Assembly (NCBI RefSeq): GCF_016865425.1
Contig: NZ_AP023355.1
Span: forward strand, 842,198 to 866,197
Length of the DNA: 24,000 bases
Source of the DNA: Actinocatenispora thailandica
Lineage (GTDB): Bacteria > Actinomycetota > Actinomycetes > Mycobacteriales > Micromonosporaceae
Direction: 5' to 3'
Below are positions 7,609 to 15,013 of the stretch, piece by piece. Position 1 is the stretch's first letter, and every line of letters starts with the position of its first letter. Under the pieces are notes generated by a model. It worked only from the letters and a program-made list of their open reading frames with translations, made no database searches and was not told the DNA's origin. A program made the translations under genes and the position numbers.

Positions 7609-8494
7609 CGGCGTCCCTGTTCCGCCCCGGCAGCCGGCCGGAGCGCAGATCGTCGAGCCGGCTGGCCAGGGTGTCGGCGCGCAGCCCGCGCACCAGCACC
7701 TCCAGCGCCGGCTCGATGCTGGTGCCGAGGAAGAACTCCTCGGCCGGGTGGCTGAGGTACAGCCGGCCCTGCTCGTCGACGATGAGAATGCTGCCCTCGT
7801 CGCCGGTCCGGCCGACCGGGAACGTGCGGATGCCGAGCCGACTCGCAAGCCGGAACGCCGACACCTCGACCAGGCGCACATCGGCCGGGAAGAAGTGGAT
7901 CGGAAACGCGCCCACCTGTTCGCCTCGCCCGTAGGGCACCAGGTCGAGCAGGCCGAACTCGCGGTACAGGTCCCGAGCGGCGGGGAACGGTTCGTGTCGC
8001 TGGCCGCGCCCGTCGGTCTGGGCCGCGAACTCGGCCAGCCACGGGTCGACCCGGGCCGCCGCATCCCTCCCCGGCAGCCAACCGGCCGCCAGCAGGGCCG
8101 CTTCGACGTCTCGCTGGAACCGCGGGTGGTGCACGTCGATCTCGTCGAACCGGTCGGCGTCGAACGGGATCGTCGGCGGCTCGTTGGACAACTCGCCCCG
8201 CACCAGTGTGGCCGGCGTGCTCTCCCGGGACTGCCGCTGCTCGTACTCGGCGCGCAGTCGTTTCTCGATCCGACCGGACTCGAACAGCGCCTCCCGGGCC
8301 GCGAGCCGCACGTCCTCCGGGACGGGCGGGCAGCGGTAGCCCTGCTCGACGATGTGGTCCAGGAACGCCGGCTGCGGCGCGAGCCGCCGGTGTTCCAGCT
8401 GGTACGTCGAGATCGTGGACCAGATCCAGACCCCGTCGGTCAGGTACTGCACCGGGACCGCCCAGCGCAGCGCGGGGTTGGCGGGATCGAACAC
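7601..8494 (-). CDS. SUKH-3 domain immunity-type protein with a conserved actinobacterial N-terminal domain (5' end uncertain, see finding)
   Basis: Track ORF with GTG start at 8494. The C-terminal ~170 aa show the SUKH-3 pattern (AGWLPGRD...FGLLDL......FFPADV....LGIRTFPVGRT.....ILIVDEQGRLY...FLGTSIEPALEVLVRG). The frame stays open and protein-like up to 8697 with no ATG/GTG/TTG, so the real N-terminus is probably longer. Confidence 0.7.
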   Translation of the reverse strand: MFDPANPALRWAVPVQYLTDGVWIWSTISTYQLEHRRLAPQPAFLDHIVEQGYRCPPVPEDVRLAAREALFESGRIEKRLRAEYEQRQSRESTPATLVRGELSNEPPTIPFDADRFDEIDVHHPRFQRDVEAALLAAGWLPGRDAAARVDPWLAEFAAQTDGRGQRHEPFPAARDLYREFGLLDLVPYGRGEQVGAFPIHFFPADVRLVEVSAFRLASRLGIRTFPVGRTGDEGSILIVDEQGRLYLSHPAEEFFLGTSIEPALEVLVRGLRADTLASRLDDLRSGRLPGRNRDADG

Positions 8495-8745
8495 GTCGTA
8501 GGTGCGCTCGTCGGAGGGGACCAGCAGCGCACCGGACTGCAGGTAGCGCAGCAGCCGGTCGCGTTCCTCGTCGTCCTCGATCCAGGGCCGGCTGGCCCAC
8601 GGGCGCGGCCGATCGTGCTCGTCGAAGCCGTCCGCGACCGGGGCGAACCGGAACCCGGCGACCTGTTCCGGGGGGTGATCGGGAGCGGTCGAGGCGGTCG
8701 CCAGCCGGCGTCACCCGATGCCGACCCCTGTGCGCGCTCTGCCAT

Positions 8746-8905
8746 CTCACCGCCCTCGGATCCGTTCCGCCAACCCTAACCCGGCGACGCATCCGCCGGG
8801 CGGCAGGCGATGCGCGGGGCGACCCGCCCGTCGCCACCCGCGTACCGGGTGATCGGCTTGGGTAGCCTCGACCGGGGTCGTGGGAACGATGGCACGGGAG
8901 GGGTC
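8746..8905. promoter_or_regulatory. Divergent intergenic region between the minus-strand SUKH-3 operon and the plus-strand deaminase-like/SUKH-3 operon
   Basis: Inferred from gene arrangement only. It is bounded by ATG 8745 (-) with GAGGGCGGTGAG upstream and GTG 8906 (+) with GGGAGGGG upstream. I could not call -10/-35 boxes with confidence. Confidence 0.3.
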
Positions 8906-9622
8906 GTGTTCACGCTGGACGAGGCTCGGCGCATCGCTGCCGCCTGGGTCGACCGTGGGCGGCCGGACGGTGCTCGCTGGCAGGCTCGGGTGCACGAGTT
9001 CGAACTGGGCTACGTGATCTGGGCCGTCCCGGCCGACGGCGACCGGCGCGAGGTCGGTGCTGGCCGTGGTGTCGTGGACAGGATGACCGGCGAGCTGTCG
9101 CTGTGGCCATCGCTGCCCGTGTCGAGCATCGTCGAGATGTTTCGTGCCGAGCGTGCCCGGGAGATCCCCGCTCCACGCACCTGGGACCCAGCCACCCAGG
9201 CCCGCCGCGACCTGGCCCGCGCCGGGTTCCCGGAGCACGTCACCCACCTGACGCTGGCGGATGGGCGAGCCCAGATCAGCCGCAGCACGAAGGGTGACGG
9301 TGAGCTCAACCTGCATCCGCTCGTCGCCGCGGCGCTGGCGGAGCTGCCGCCAGGATCCCGGGAGCGGGCCGCCGAGAGGTGCTCGGAGGTCGCGGCCTTC
9401 TCCGACGTGCTGCACCGGGCCGACACCCAGCGCCAGGCGGACCGGCGGCCGACGCTGTCGCTCGACGAGGTACGAGCCACCCTGTTCCGCGGCGCCGAGA
9501 TCGTCACCTACCGGGTGTGCGAGCCGGGTGACGAACTCGGTGGTCGGACCGTGCCGCCCTGCCTGGCCTGCCAGTACCTGCTCGGGTGGTTCGGCTTCGA
9601 GATGGCGGGGGGACGGCGGTGA
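8906..9622 (+). CDS. YrhB-like (immunity-type) N-domain fused to YwqJ-like deaminase-fold domain with intact CxE / PCxxC motifs
   Basis: Track ORF 8810..9622. I prefer GTG 8906 (VFTLDEARRIA...) because GGGAGGGG lies 4-5 nt upstream. The N-half has GYVIW.....G.GVVDRMTGELS.WPSLPV. The C-half has LADGRAQISRST....LHPLV....ERCSEVAAFSD (Cys 9380-9382, Glu 9386-9388) and PPCLAC (9557-9571). This motif order matches module 2 of the giant gene. Confidence 0.7.
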   Translation: MFTLDEARRIAAAWVDRGRPDGARWQARVHEFELGYVIWAVPADGDRREVGAGRGVVDRMTGELSLWPSLPVSSIVEMFRAERAREIPAPRTWDPATQARRDLARAGFPEHVTHLTLADGRAQISRSTKGDGELNLHPLVAAALAELPPGSRERAAERCSEVAAFSDVLHRADTQRQADRRPTLSLDEVRATLFRGAEIVTYRVCEPGDELGGRTVPPCLACQYLLGWFGFEMAGGRR

Positions 9623-10128
9623 CCGCGCGGTTCGGCCGTACCGCCGAGACGGCGTTGCGGACCGCCGGCTGGACCCCCGGCCGGGACGTGTCGGCCGCGA
9701 CCGCCGAGGCGATCCGGCGCACCGGTGAGCGGATCGGCGCAGACGGTGCCCGGCTGCGGGCGTTCCCGGCGGCGGTCACGGCGCTGAACGAGTTCGGCGG
9801 GCTGGCGATCGTCCCCAGGGAGCCGGGCGTCGATCAGGTACCGCAGCCCTTCGCGTTCGATCCGTTGCTGGCGCCGTTGTGTGCCGAGACCCTCGCCGAC
9901 GTGTCCACCGTCCTCGGTCTGCCGCTCTACCCGCTCGGCGTCGAGGGTGACGTCGCCGCGCTGCTGGCGATCGACGAGCAGGGCCGGGTGTTCTCCATCG
10001 ACCACACCGGCGAGTGGTTCCTCGGTGCGACGGTGGACGCGGCGATCGAGACGCTCGTCGCGGGGCGCCGACCGCCCCGGCTGCGGGACGACGGGACCTG
10101 GCCGCCGGCGGTTCAGCCCGCCTCGTAG
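9619..10128 (+). CDS. SUKH-3 domain immunity-type protein
   Basis: Track ORF 9586..10128. GTG 9619 overlaps the upstream stop (GTGA), which implies translational coupling. The product shows RTAGWTPGRDVS....ALNEFGGLAI......FAFDP.....LGLPLYPLGVEG....LAIDEQGRVF.......FLGATVDAAIETLVAG. It is paralogous to the C-half of 7601..8494. Confidence 0.8.
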   Translation: MTARFGRTAETALRTAGWTPGRDVSAATAEAIRRTGERIGADGARLRAFPAAVTALNEFGGLAIVPREPGVDQVPQPFAFDPLLAPLCAETLADVSTVLGLPLYPLGVEGDVAALLAIDEQGRVFSIDHTGEWFLGATVDAAIETLVAGRRPPRLRDDGTWPPAVQPAS

Positions 10129-10703
10129 CGGTGCTCGAAGTCGGCCAACGCCTTGCGCCGGCCGGCCAGCTCCGCCTCGATTGCGTCCCGCCGGAACCGC
10201 TCGGGTGCCACCTGGAGCGCGAGCCGGCCGGCCGGCGTCCAGAACGACGCCTCGGGCACCTCGTCGGCCCCGGACGCCGCGAACTTGAGCACCTCCGCGG
10301 TTGCCGCTGTCGCCGCGGAGAGCAGGTAGTAGACCGTGGTGAGATCGTCGTCGGACAGGTCGCCGGAGCCGAGCACGGCCTCGGCGTTCATCGTGAAGAG
10401 CTCCGCCGCGCCCAGCCACTCGCCGGCGTCGAGCAGCGTGGACGGCACGTCGTCCGGCCCGTACCGCACGTCGAAGGAGACCACGGGGGGCTCGGTCGGC
10501 AGTTCGAAGGTGAAGCTGCGGTCCCGGCCGCACGCCGGGCACCGACCCGAGTACCGCACGACGAACGCGCCGTCCGCCGAGCTGTGGTCGCTCTGCCGGT
10601 CGAACTGCGCCTCGCCGCAGGCGCACGGCCGCAACTCCATGTAGAGGTACGCCTCGTCGAAGGTGCGGGCGCGGGGAACAGCCATGGGCGCCACGATAGC
10701 CAC
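10113..10703 (-). CDS. Hypothetical protein with CxC...CxxC zinc-ribbon-like motif
   Basis: Track ORF with a GTG start at 10703; the alternative ATG 10685 gives MAVPRARTFDEAYLYMELRPCACGE...GRCPACG. Good G/C third-position bias. Its 3' end overlaps the convergent SUKH-3 gene by 16 nt (10113-10128). Function is unknown and the start codon is uncertain. Confidence 0.6.
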   Translation of the reverse strand: MAIVAPMAVPRARTFDEAYLYMELRPCACGEAQFDRQSDHSSADGAFVVRYSGRCPACGRDRSFTFELPTEPPVVSFDVRYGPDDVPSTLLDAGEWLGAAELFTMNAEAVLGSGDLSDDDLTTVYYLLSAATAATAEVLKFAASGADEVPEASFWTPAGRLALQVAPERFRRDAIEAELAGRRKALADFEHRYEAG

Positions 10704-10747
10704 CGCGGTCGAGCCGCGGTCGGGCGCCGCGGTACCGAGGACGGCCC

Positions 10748-12430
10748 CTACTGGGTGGCGCCGAGCAGGTCCTCCAGCTCCAGGGTGCGCAGATCGTCGC
10801 GGGACGGCATCCGGCCGAGCCTGCGCAGCCGGCCGGACTGCGCCTTACGCATGCTTTCCAGCAGCTTGCGGGCTTCGCGGGCGTTGCCGAAGTTCTGCCC
10901 CATCTGGATCTGGCTGAACCATTCGTACAGCGCGTCGTCCAACCCGTCGCCGAGCAGGTAGTCGTCGTTCTTGGCGATGCGGCTGACGATGAGCAGCAGT
11001 TCCTTGGGCGTGTAGTTCTCGAACTCCAGCGTCTTGGCGAACCGGGAGGCCAGACCGGAGTTGGCGTCGAGGAACTCGGTCATCTCGTTGGTGTAGCCGG
11101 CGACGATCACCGCGATCTCGTCACGGTGGTCTTCCATCAGCTTCACCAGGGTGTCGATGGCCTCCTGACCGAAGTCGCCGCTGCCGCCCCCGGATGCCCG
11201 GGAGAGCGTGTACGCCTCGTCGATGAACAGCACGCCGCCCATCGCCTCCTCGATGACGGCCGAGGTCTTCTCCGCGGTGTGGCCGATGTACTGCCCGACC
11301 ATGTCTCGGCGGGCGACCTCCTTGAACTTGCCGGCCGGGAGCACGCCGAGCGCCTTGAGCAGTTGCCCGTAGATGCGGGCGACGGTGGTCTTGCCGGTAC
11401 CGGGGGCGCCGGTGAAGATCAGGTGGTGGCTGACCGCGCCGACCGCGAGGCCCGCGTTGCGGCGCCACTCGTTGACCTGGATCTCGTCGATCAGCGCCCG
11501 GACCTCGGCCTTGACCGAGGCGAGGCCGACCATGGCGTCCAGGTCGGACAGCAGCCGATCGATCTGGGCGGGGTCCTGCTGGGTGGCGCCTTCCAGCGCG
11601 GCGACGCCGACCTTCGGTCGGTGTGCGGTGGACAGCGGCTCCCGGATGCTGGGGTTCGCGCCCTCGTCGACGTGGATGCCCGGGCTGGCGGTGTTCTCGA
11701 CCCGGCACTCGTCGACCTTGCCGCCACAACCCCGGCCGAACATGATCCCGACGCCCTGAGTGTCGTGGATCCAGGAGCCGTCGATCGTGGGTGAGCTGCC
11801 GTGGGCGATGGAGATGCCCGCGTCGCCGGTCTGCGAGATGTCGCAGCGTTCGATGGTCGGACGCCCGGACTGGTAGACGTACACCCCACGGAAGCCGCAC
11901 CCGGTGATGGTCGAGTTACGGATCGTGGGGTCGGCGCCGAGTCGGACGATGATTCCGTCGTCCGCGACGTTGGTGATCTCGCACTTGTCCAGCAGCCCGC
12001 CGGCGTCCTCGATGACGAAGCCGTACTGCCCGCCGGTCACCTTCGTGTCGGCGGCCTCCAGGCGCGTCCGGTTCGTCACGTTCACCGCGGGCGCGTACCC
12101 GGCCTGCAGAGTGCACTTCTCCAGCGAGATGCGGCCGCCGCGGACATCGACGGTGGCCCGGTCCGCGGACCGCAGGGACAGCCCGCGAACGGTCACCTCG
12201 CAGTCGCGCGCCTGCAGCGTCGGCAGCCCGGCCGAGGTCGAGTCGACCGTCACCGACCCCGCGTCGCCGGACGCCACCAGGGACACCCGCAGGCCGGACA
12301 GCACCAGCGCCTCCGGATACTCACCCGGAGCGATCGAAATGGTGTCGCCGGGCGAGGCGATCTCCAACGCATCGCGGATCGTGGGGTAGGCCCCGGGCTG
12401 CTGGGTCGAGACGACAAGGTTGCGTGCCAT
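10748..12430 (-). CDS. Right-handed beta-helix repeat domain fused to CbbX/SpoVK/EccA-type AAA+ ATPase
   Basis: Track ORF 10748..12655. I prefer ATG 12430 (MARNLVVSTQQPGAYPTIRDALE...) with GGCGGAG upstream; the earlier residues are Arg/Pro junk. The N-terminal ~330 aa have repeated G..V.......I..C.I pectin-lyase-like beta-helix rungs. The C-half has Walker A FTGAPGTGKTTVARIYG (~11380-11412), Walker B VLFIDEAY (~11210-11233), IVAGY and the SRF..T..F..Y tail typical of the CbbX/SpoVK clade. Confidence 0.85.
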   Translation of the reverse strand: MARNLVVSTQQPGAYPTIRDALEIASPGDTISIAPGEYPEALVLSGLRVSLVASGDAGSVTVDSTSAGLPTLQARDCEVTVRGLSLRSADRATVDVRGGRISLEKCTLQAGYAPAVNVTNRTRLEAADTKVTGGQYGFVIEDAGGLLDKCEITNVADDGIIVRLGADPTIRNSTITGCGFRGVYVYQSGRPTIERCDISQTGDAGISIAHGSSPTIDGSWIHDTQGVGIMFGRGCGGKVDECRVENTASPGIHVDEGANPSIREPLSTAHRPKVGVAALEGATQQDPAQIDRLLSDLDAMVGLASVKAEVRALIDEIQVNEWRRNAGLAVGAVSHHLIFTGAPGTGKTTVARIYGQLLKALGVLPAGKFKEVARRDMVGQYIGHTAEKTSAVIEEAMGGVLFIDEAYTLSRASGGGSGDFGQEAIDTLVKLMEDHRDEIAVIVAGYTNEMTEFLDANSGLASRFAKTLEFENYTPKELLLIVSRIAKNDDYLLGDGLDDALYEWFSQIQMGQNFGNAREARKLLESMRKAQSGRLRRLGRMPSRDDLRTLELEDLLGATQ

Positions 12431-12561
12431 GGCTCCGCCGGTGGAAGGGTTGACTTCTGCGCACACTATCTCAGGGGGTCCACGCAGGCGCGGGACGCGG
12501 TGACTTCCTGGCCACGCCCTAGAGTACTGACGACGCAACAGCTTGAGGAGACGCGGACGAC
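12431..12561. promoter_or_regulatory. Divergent intergenic region between the AAA+ gene (-) and the SseB-like gene (+)
   Basis: 131-bp gap between two divergent starts. Inferred from arrangement only; no box-level call. Confidence 0.3.
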
Positions 12562-14100
12562 GTGGATCTCGGCGAGGACGAGCAGCCGCCGGCCTGGCAG
12601 CCGGCGAACGACGTCGAGCGGCTGATGCTCGACGCCCTGGTGCGCAACCACTCACAGGACTACTTCCGGCTGGTGGCGACCGCCCCGCTGTACCTGCCGG
12701 TCTTCCTGGGCGACGCCAACACCGACCGCCAGCGGGTCGTGGTGAAGACCATCTCCGACGCCGAGCACCTGCTCGTGTTCACCTCGGTGCGGGGGCTCAC
12801 CGGGTACGTCGAGGCCGGCTACACGCCCGACAGTCGCCCCGACGGGTACGCCCAGACCAGCTACGAGGAGTTGGCCGCCCGGCGGCCGGAGCCGGAGTGG
12901 CGGCTGGCCATCAACCCGGGCCAGCCGATCGACGCCTACGTCGAGATCGACGCGGTGATGCACGCCGCGCTGGGTGACATCCAGATCCCGCTCGCGGACG
13001 AGCTGATCGACCCGGCCGGGGTCGGCGAGCGCGCGCCGATCCCGGCGGACTTCGTCCCAGCGAACGAGGCGGAGCGGGCCATCGAGTACGGACTGGTCCA
13101 CCGCGACATCGACGTCGCGATCGACGCGTTGGTCGTCGCGGACGTGCTGGTCGCCACGGCGGAGCAGGCCCGGCCGGACGCGGCGCTGACCGACCCGGAC
13201 TTCCCGTGGCAGCTGGAGTCGATCGACGACATCCCGTCGATCTGCGTGTTCACCTCGCAGCAGCGGCTGACCGAGGTGCTTCCACCGGACACCCCGGCGT
13301 ACCCGACGACGCTGGTCAAGCTGGCGCTGGCCTGGCCGGACGAGGACTGCCAGCTGATGGTCAACATCGGTTCGGCGATCGAGCTGGCGTTCGAGGGCGC
13401 GATGATCCCCTCGTTCGTGTCCTGGGCCTCGGACCTGATGGAGCGGGTCGAGTCCGGCGAGTACGCGGAGCCGGCCGATGCCCGGTTGGCGGACGCGGCC
13501 GGCACCGGTGTGGTGGTCGGAGGGCATGCGGTGGACGCGGTGATGCCGCCGGCGATCGGCGACCTGGCGCCGCCGGTCGGTGCCGCGGCGCCGGTGGCCG
13601 ACCCGGTGCTGTTCCAGAAGGTGCTCACGCCCGAACAGGTCCAGGCGTACCTGCGGGGCGGTGACCGGCGTGTCGCGGGCTTCGTCCACCCGTACGAGAG
13701 CGTGCGTGAGCTGACCACGCCACAGCAGCTCTACACCGGGCTCGGCCTGCTGCACGATCGCACCCCGTTCCGCGTCGACGACGAGGAAGTGCACGTTCTG
13801 CGGTGGACTGCCTACTGTCCGGAGCTGTATCGGCTCGCCATCGGTGGACGTGACGAACGGACCCGAGCCGCGGTGGATGGCTGGGTCGTGGCGCCGGCTC
13901 CGTTCCTGGGCAGTGGGATCGCGCCGGGCAGCGCCGGGGCACCGGAGTTCAAGGTGGACAGCGTCGAGTTGCCACACGGCGCGCAGCTGTGCCGGCTGGA
14001 CCGGTACGGGCGGCAGAGCGAGGTGGCGAACTTCGACGCGGACACCGGGACCTGGGCCGCCGCCGTCGGACGGCCGAGCTGGACGGAGGACGTTCGATGA
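12562..14100 (+). CDS. Tandem SseB-like (secretion-chaperone-like fold) domains + uncharacterised C-terminal domain
   Basis: Track ORF with a GTG start. Two copies of the SseB N-domain pattern: PANDVERLMLDAL....FRLVATAPLYLPV......LLVFTS and PANEAERAIEYGL....ALVVADVLVAT......ICVFTSQQRL. The C-terminal ~170 aa (VLRWTAY...GWVVAPAPFLGSGIAPGS..PEFKVDSVELPHGA.L.RLD) match nothing I can name. Confidence 0.75.
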   Translation: MDLGEDEQPPAWQPANDVERLMLDALVRNHSQDYFRLVATAPLYLPVFLGDANTDRQRVVVKTISDAEHLLVFTSVRGLTGYVEAGYTPDSRPDGYAQTSYEELAARRPEPEWRLAINPGQPIDAYVEIDAVMHAALGDIQIPLADELIDPAGVGERAPIPADFVPANEAERAIEYGLVHRDIDVAIDALVVADVLVATAEQARPDAALTDPDFPWQLESIDDIPSICVFTSQQRLTEVLPPDTPAYPTTLVKLALAWPDEDCQLMVNIGSAIELAFEGAMIPSFVSWASDLMERVESGEYAEPADARLADAAGTGVVVGGHAVDAVMPPAIGDLAPPVGAAAPVADPVLFQKVLTPEQVQAYLRGGDRRVAGFVHPYESVRELTTPQQLYTGLGLLHDRTPFRVDDEEVHVLRWTAYCPELYRLAIGGRDERTRAAVDGWVVAPAPFLGSGIAPGSAGAPEFKVDSVELPHGAQLCRLDRYGRQSEVANFDADTGTWAAAVGRPSWTEDVR

Positions 14101-14468
14101 TCGCGTCCGGATACCGAGCCCGCTGGCAGGGCACCGAGTACGAGGCGAGCCCGGACGGCGCCCTGGTCCGGCTGTACGGGTCGGACCAGGCCCCGGGCTT
14201 CGACGAGGTGCGGCCCGGCCGGTACCGGCGGATCGTGCCGGTCACCGAGCTGGAGTGGTTCGGTTACCTGCACGTGACCGGCCGGATCGACGGCGCGCCG
14301 GTCGTGCTGCTCGCCGAGCGCGGCGACGAGGTCCTGGCCGAGTACGTCGGCGGCCGGGGCCCGGTCGGAGCTGCGCTCGGACTGCCCGCGGTCGAACCCG
14401 GGGTGTACCGGGGTTGGGTGCCGCGGGCCAGGGTGGCCGATGTCATGCCCCGTCGAACCGGCTCGTGA
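14097..14468 (+). CDS. Small hypothetical protein (123 aa), translationally coupled to the SseB-like gene
   Basis: Track ORF 13989..14468. ATG 14097 overlaps the upstream stop (ATGA). The product MIASGYRARWQGTEYEASPDG...LLAERGDEVLAEYVGG...GVYRGWVPRARV has good codon bias. I do not recognise a named domain. Confidence 0.65.
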   Translation: MIASGYRARWQGTEYEASPDGALVRLYGSDQAPGFDEVRPGRYRRIVPVTELEWFGYLHVTGRIDGAPVVLLAERGDEVLAEYVGGRGPVGAALGLPAVEPGVYRGWVPRARVADVMPRRTGS

Positions 14469-14575
14469 ACTGCCGTTCACTTGCTCGCGGCGATTACCGT
14501 TTTCTCGGATAGAGTCGGCATCATTTCTCGTCGATGCGTGCATCGCGACGCGAGGAACGTCCGAGGAGGTGCTGG
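14469..14575 (+). promoter_or_regulatory. Candidate promoter/5' leader of the YbaB-like / EspC-like / giant-toxin operon
   Basis: This is the most AT-rich stretch of the window (…cgattaccgttttctcggatagagtcggcatcatttctcgtcgatg…). It has a TANNNT-type -10 candidate TAGAGT at 14510-14515 and the RBS GAGGAGG at 14563-14569 before ATG 14576. No convincing -35 sits at 17±1 spacing. Confidence 0.35.
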
Positions 14576-15013
14576 ATGATCGACGGGCCGGACCGGCCGC
14601 AGCGACCGGTCGACCACCCGGACTGGAGCGCGCTGCACGGCGCGTTCTCCGACCTGCGCAAACAGGTCGCCCGGGCGAAGGATGTGCAGAAGAAGGTCTT
14701 CCATCTCACGGCCACCGCGTGGTCGCCGGACCGGATGATCAAGGTCGTCGTCGGCCCGCGGGGCCAGCTCGTCGACCTGGACATCGACCCCCGGGTCTAC
14801 CGGCAGCCCAACTCCAAGGCGCTGGCCCGGTCGATCCTGGAGACCAGCCGGCAGGCGATCGAGCAGATCGCCGTGCAGACCGAGCAGATCCTCGACGAGG
14901 ACGTCCCGGCCGACCTGCGCATCGGCCGCACCGGTGCGGTCGATTTCCGCGCCGTGCTGAAGAGCCACGACGCCGAACTCCCGAAGAAGGTCGACGCGGA
15001 GGAGGACGACTGA
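14576..15013 (+). CDS. YbaB/EbfC-like small protein (type found in ESX-associated operons)
   Basis: Track ORF 14534..15013. I prefer ATG 14576 (MIDGPDRP...) with GAGGAGG 7 nt upstream. The core MIKVVVGPRGQLVDLDIDPRVYR.PNSKALARSILETSRQAIEQ fits the YbaB/EbfC pattern. Acidic tail. Confidence 0.75.
   Translation: MIDGPDRPQRPVDHPDWSALHGAFSDLRKQVARAKDVQKKVFHLTATAWSPDRMIKVVVGPRGQLVDLDIDPRVYRQPNSKALARSILETSRQAIEQIAVQTEQILDEDVPADLRIGRTGAVDFRAVLKSHDAELPKKVDAEEDD

Noticed and set aside
7575-8837. 420-aa minus ORF and 343-aa plus ORF (7748..8779) overlapping the SUKH-3 gene
   Set aside because: These are alternative frames of the same GC-rich DNA. They have extreme Arg/Pro/Gly content, no recognisable motifs and no RBS-supported start. 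The SUKH-3 frame is supported by paralogy with 9619..10128.
9508-10626. 372-aa minus ORF across the SUKH-3 and Zn-ribbon genes
   Set aside because: It is a shadow ORF with an Arg/Gly-rich translation. It conflicts with two better-supported genes on opposite strands.
12652-13977. 441-aa minus ORF antisense to the SseB-like gene
   Set aside because: The product is Arg/Val/Asp/Gly-rich antisense sequence. The + strand frame shows duplicated SseB-type motifs and correct third-position G/C bias.
13600-14100. C-terminal domain of the SseB-like protein as a TNT/NAD-glycohydrolase-type toxin domain (because of GSGIAPGS...PEF)
   Set aside because: The resemblance is limited to one short G/P-rich stretch. 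The rest of the pattern I associate with TNT domains is not present, so the domain is left unassigned.
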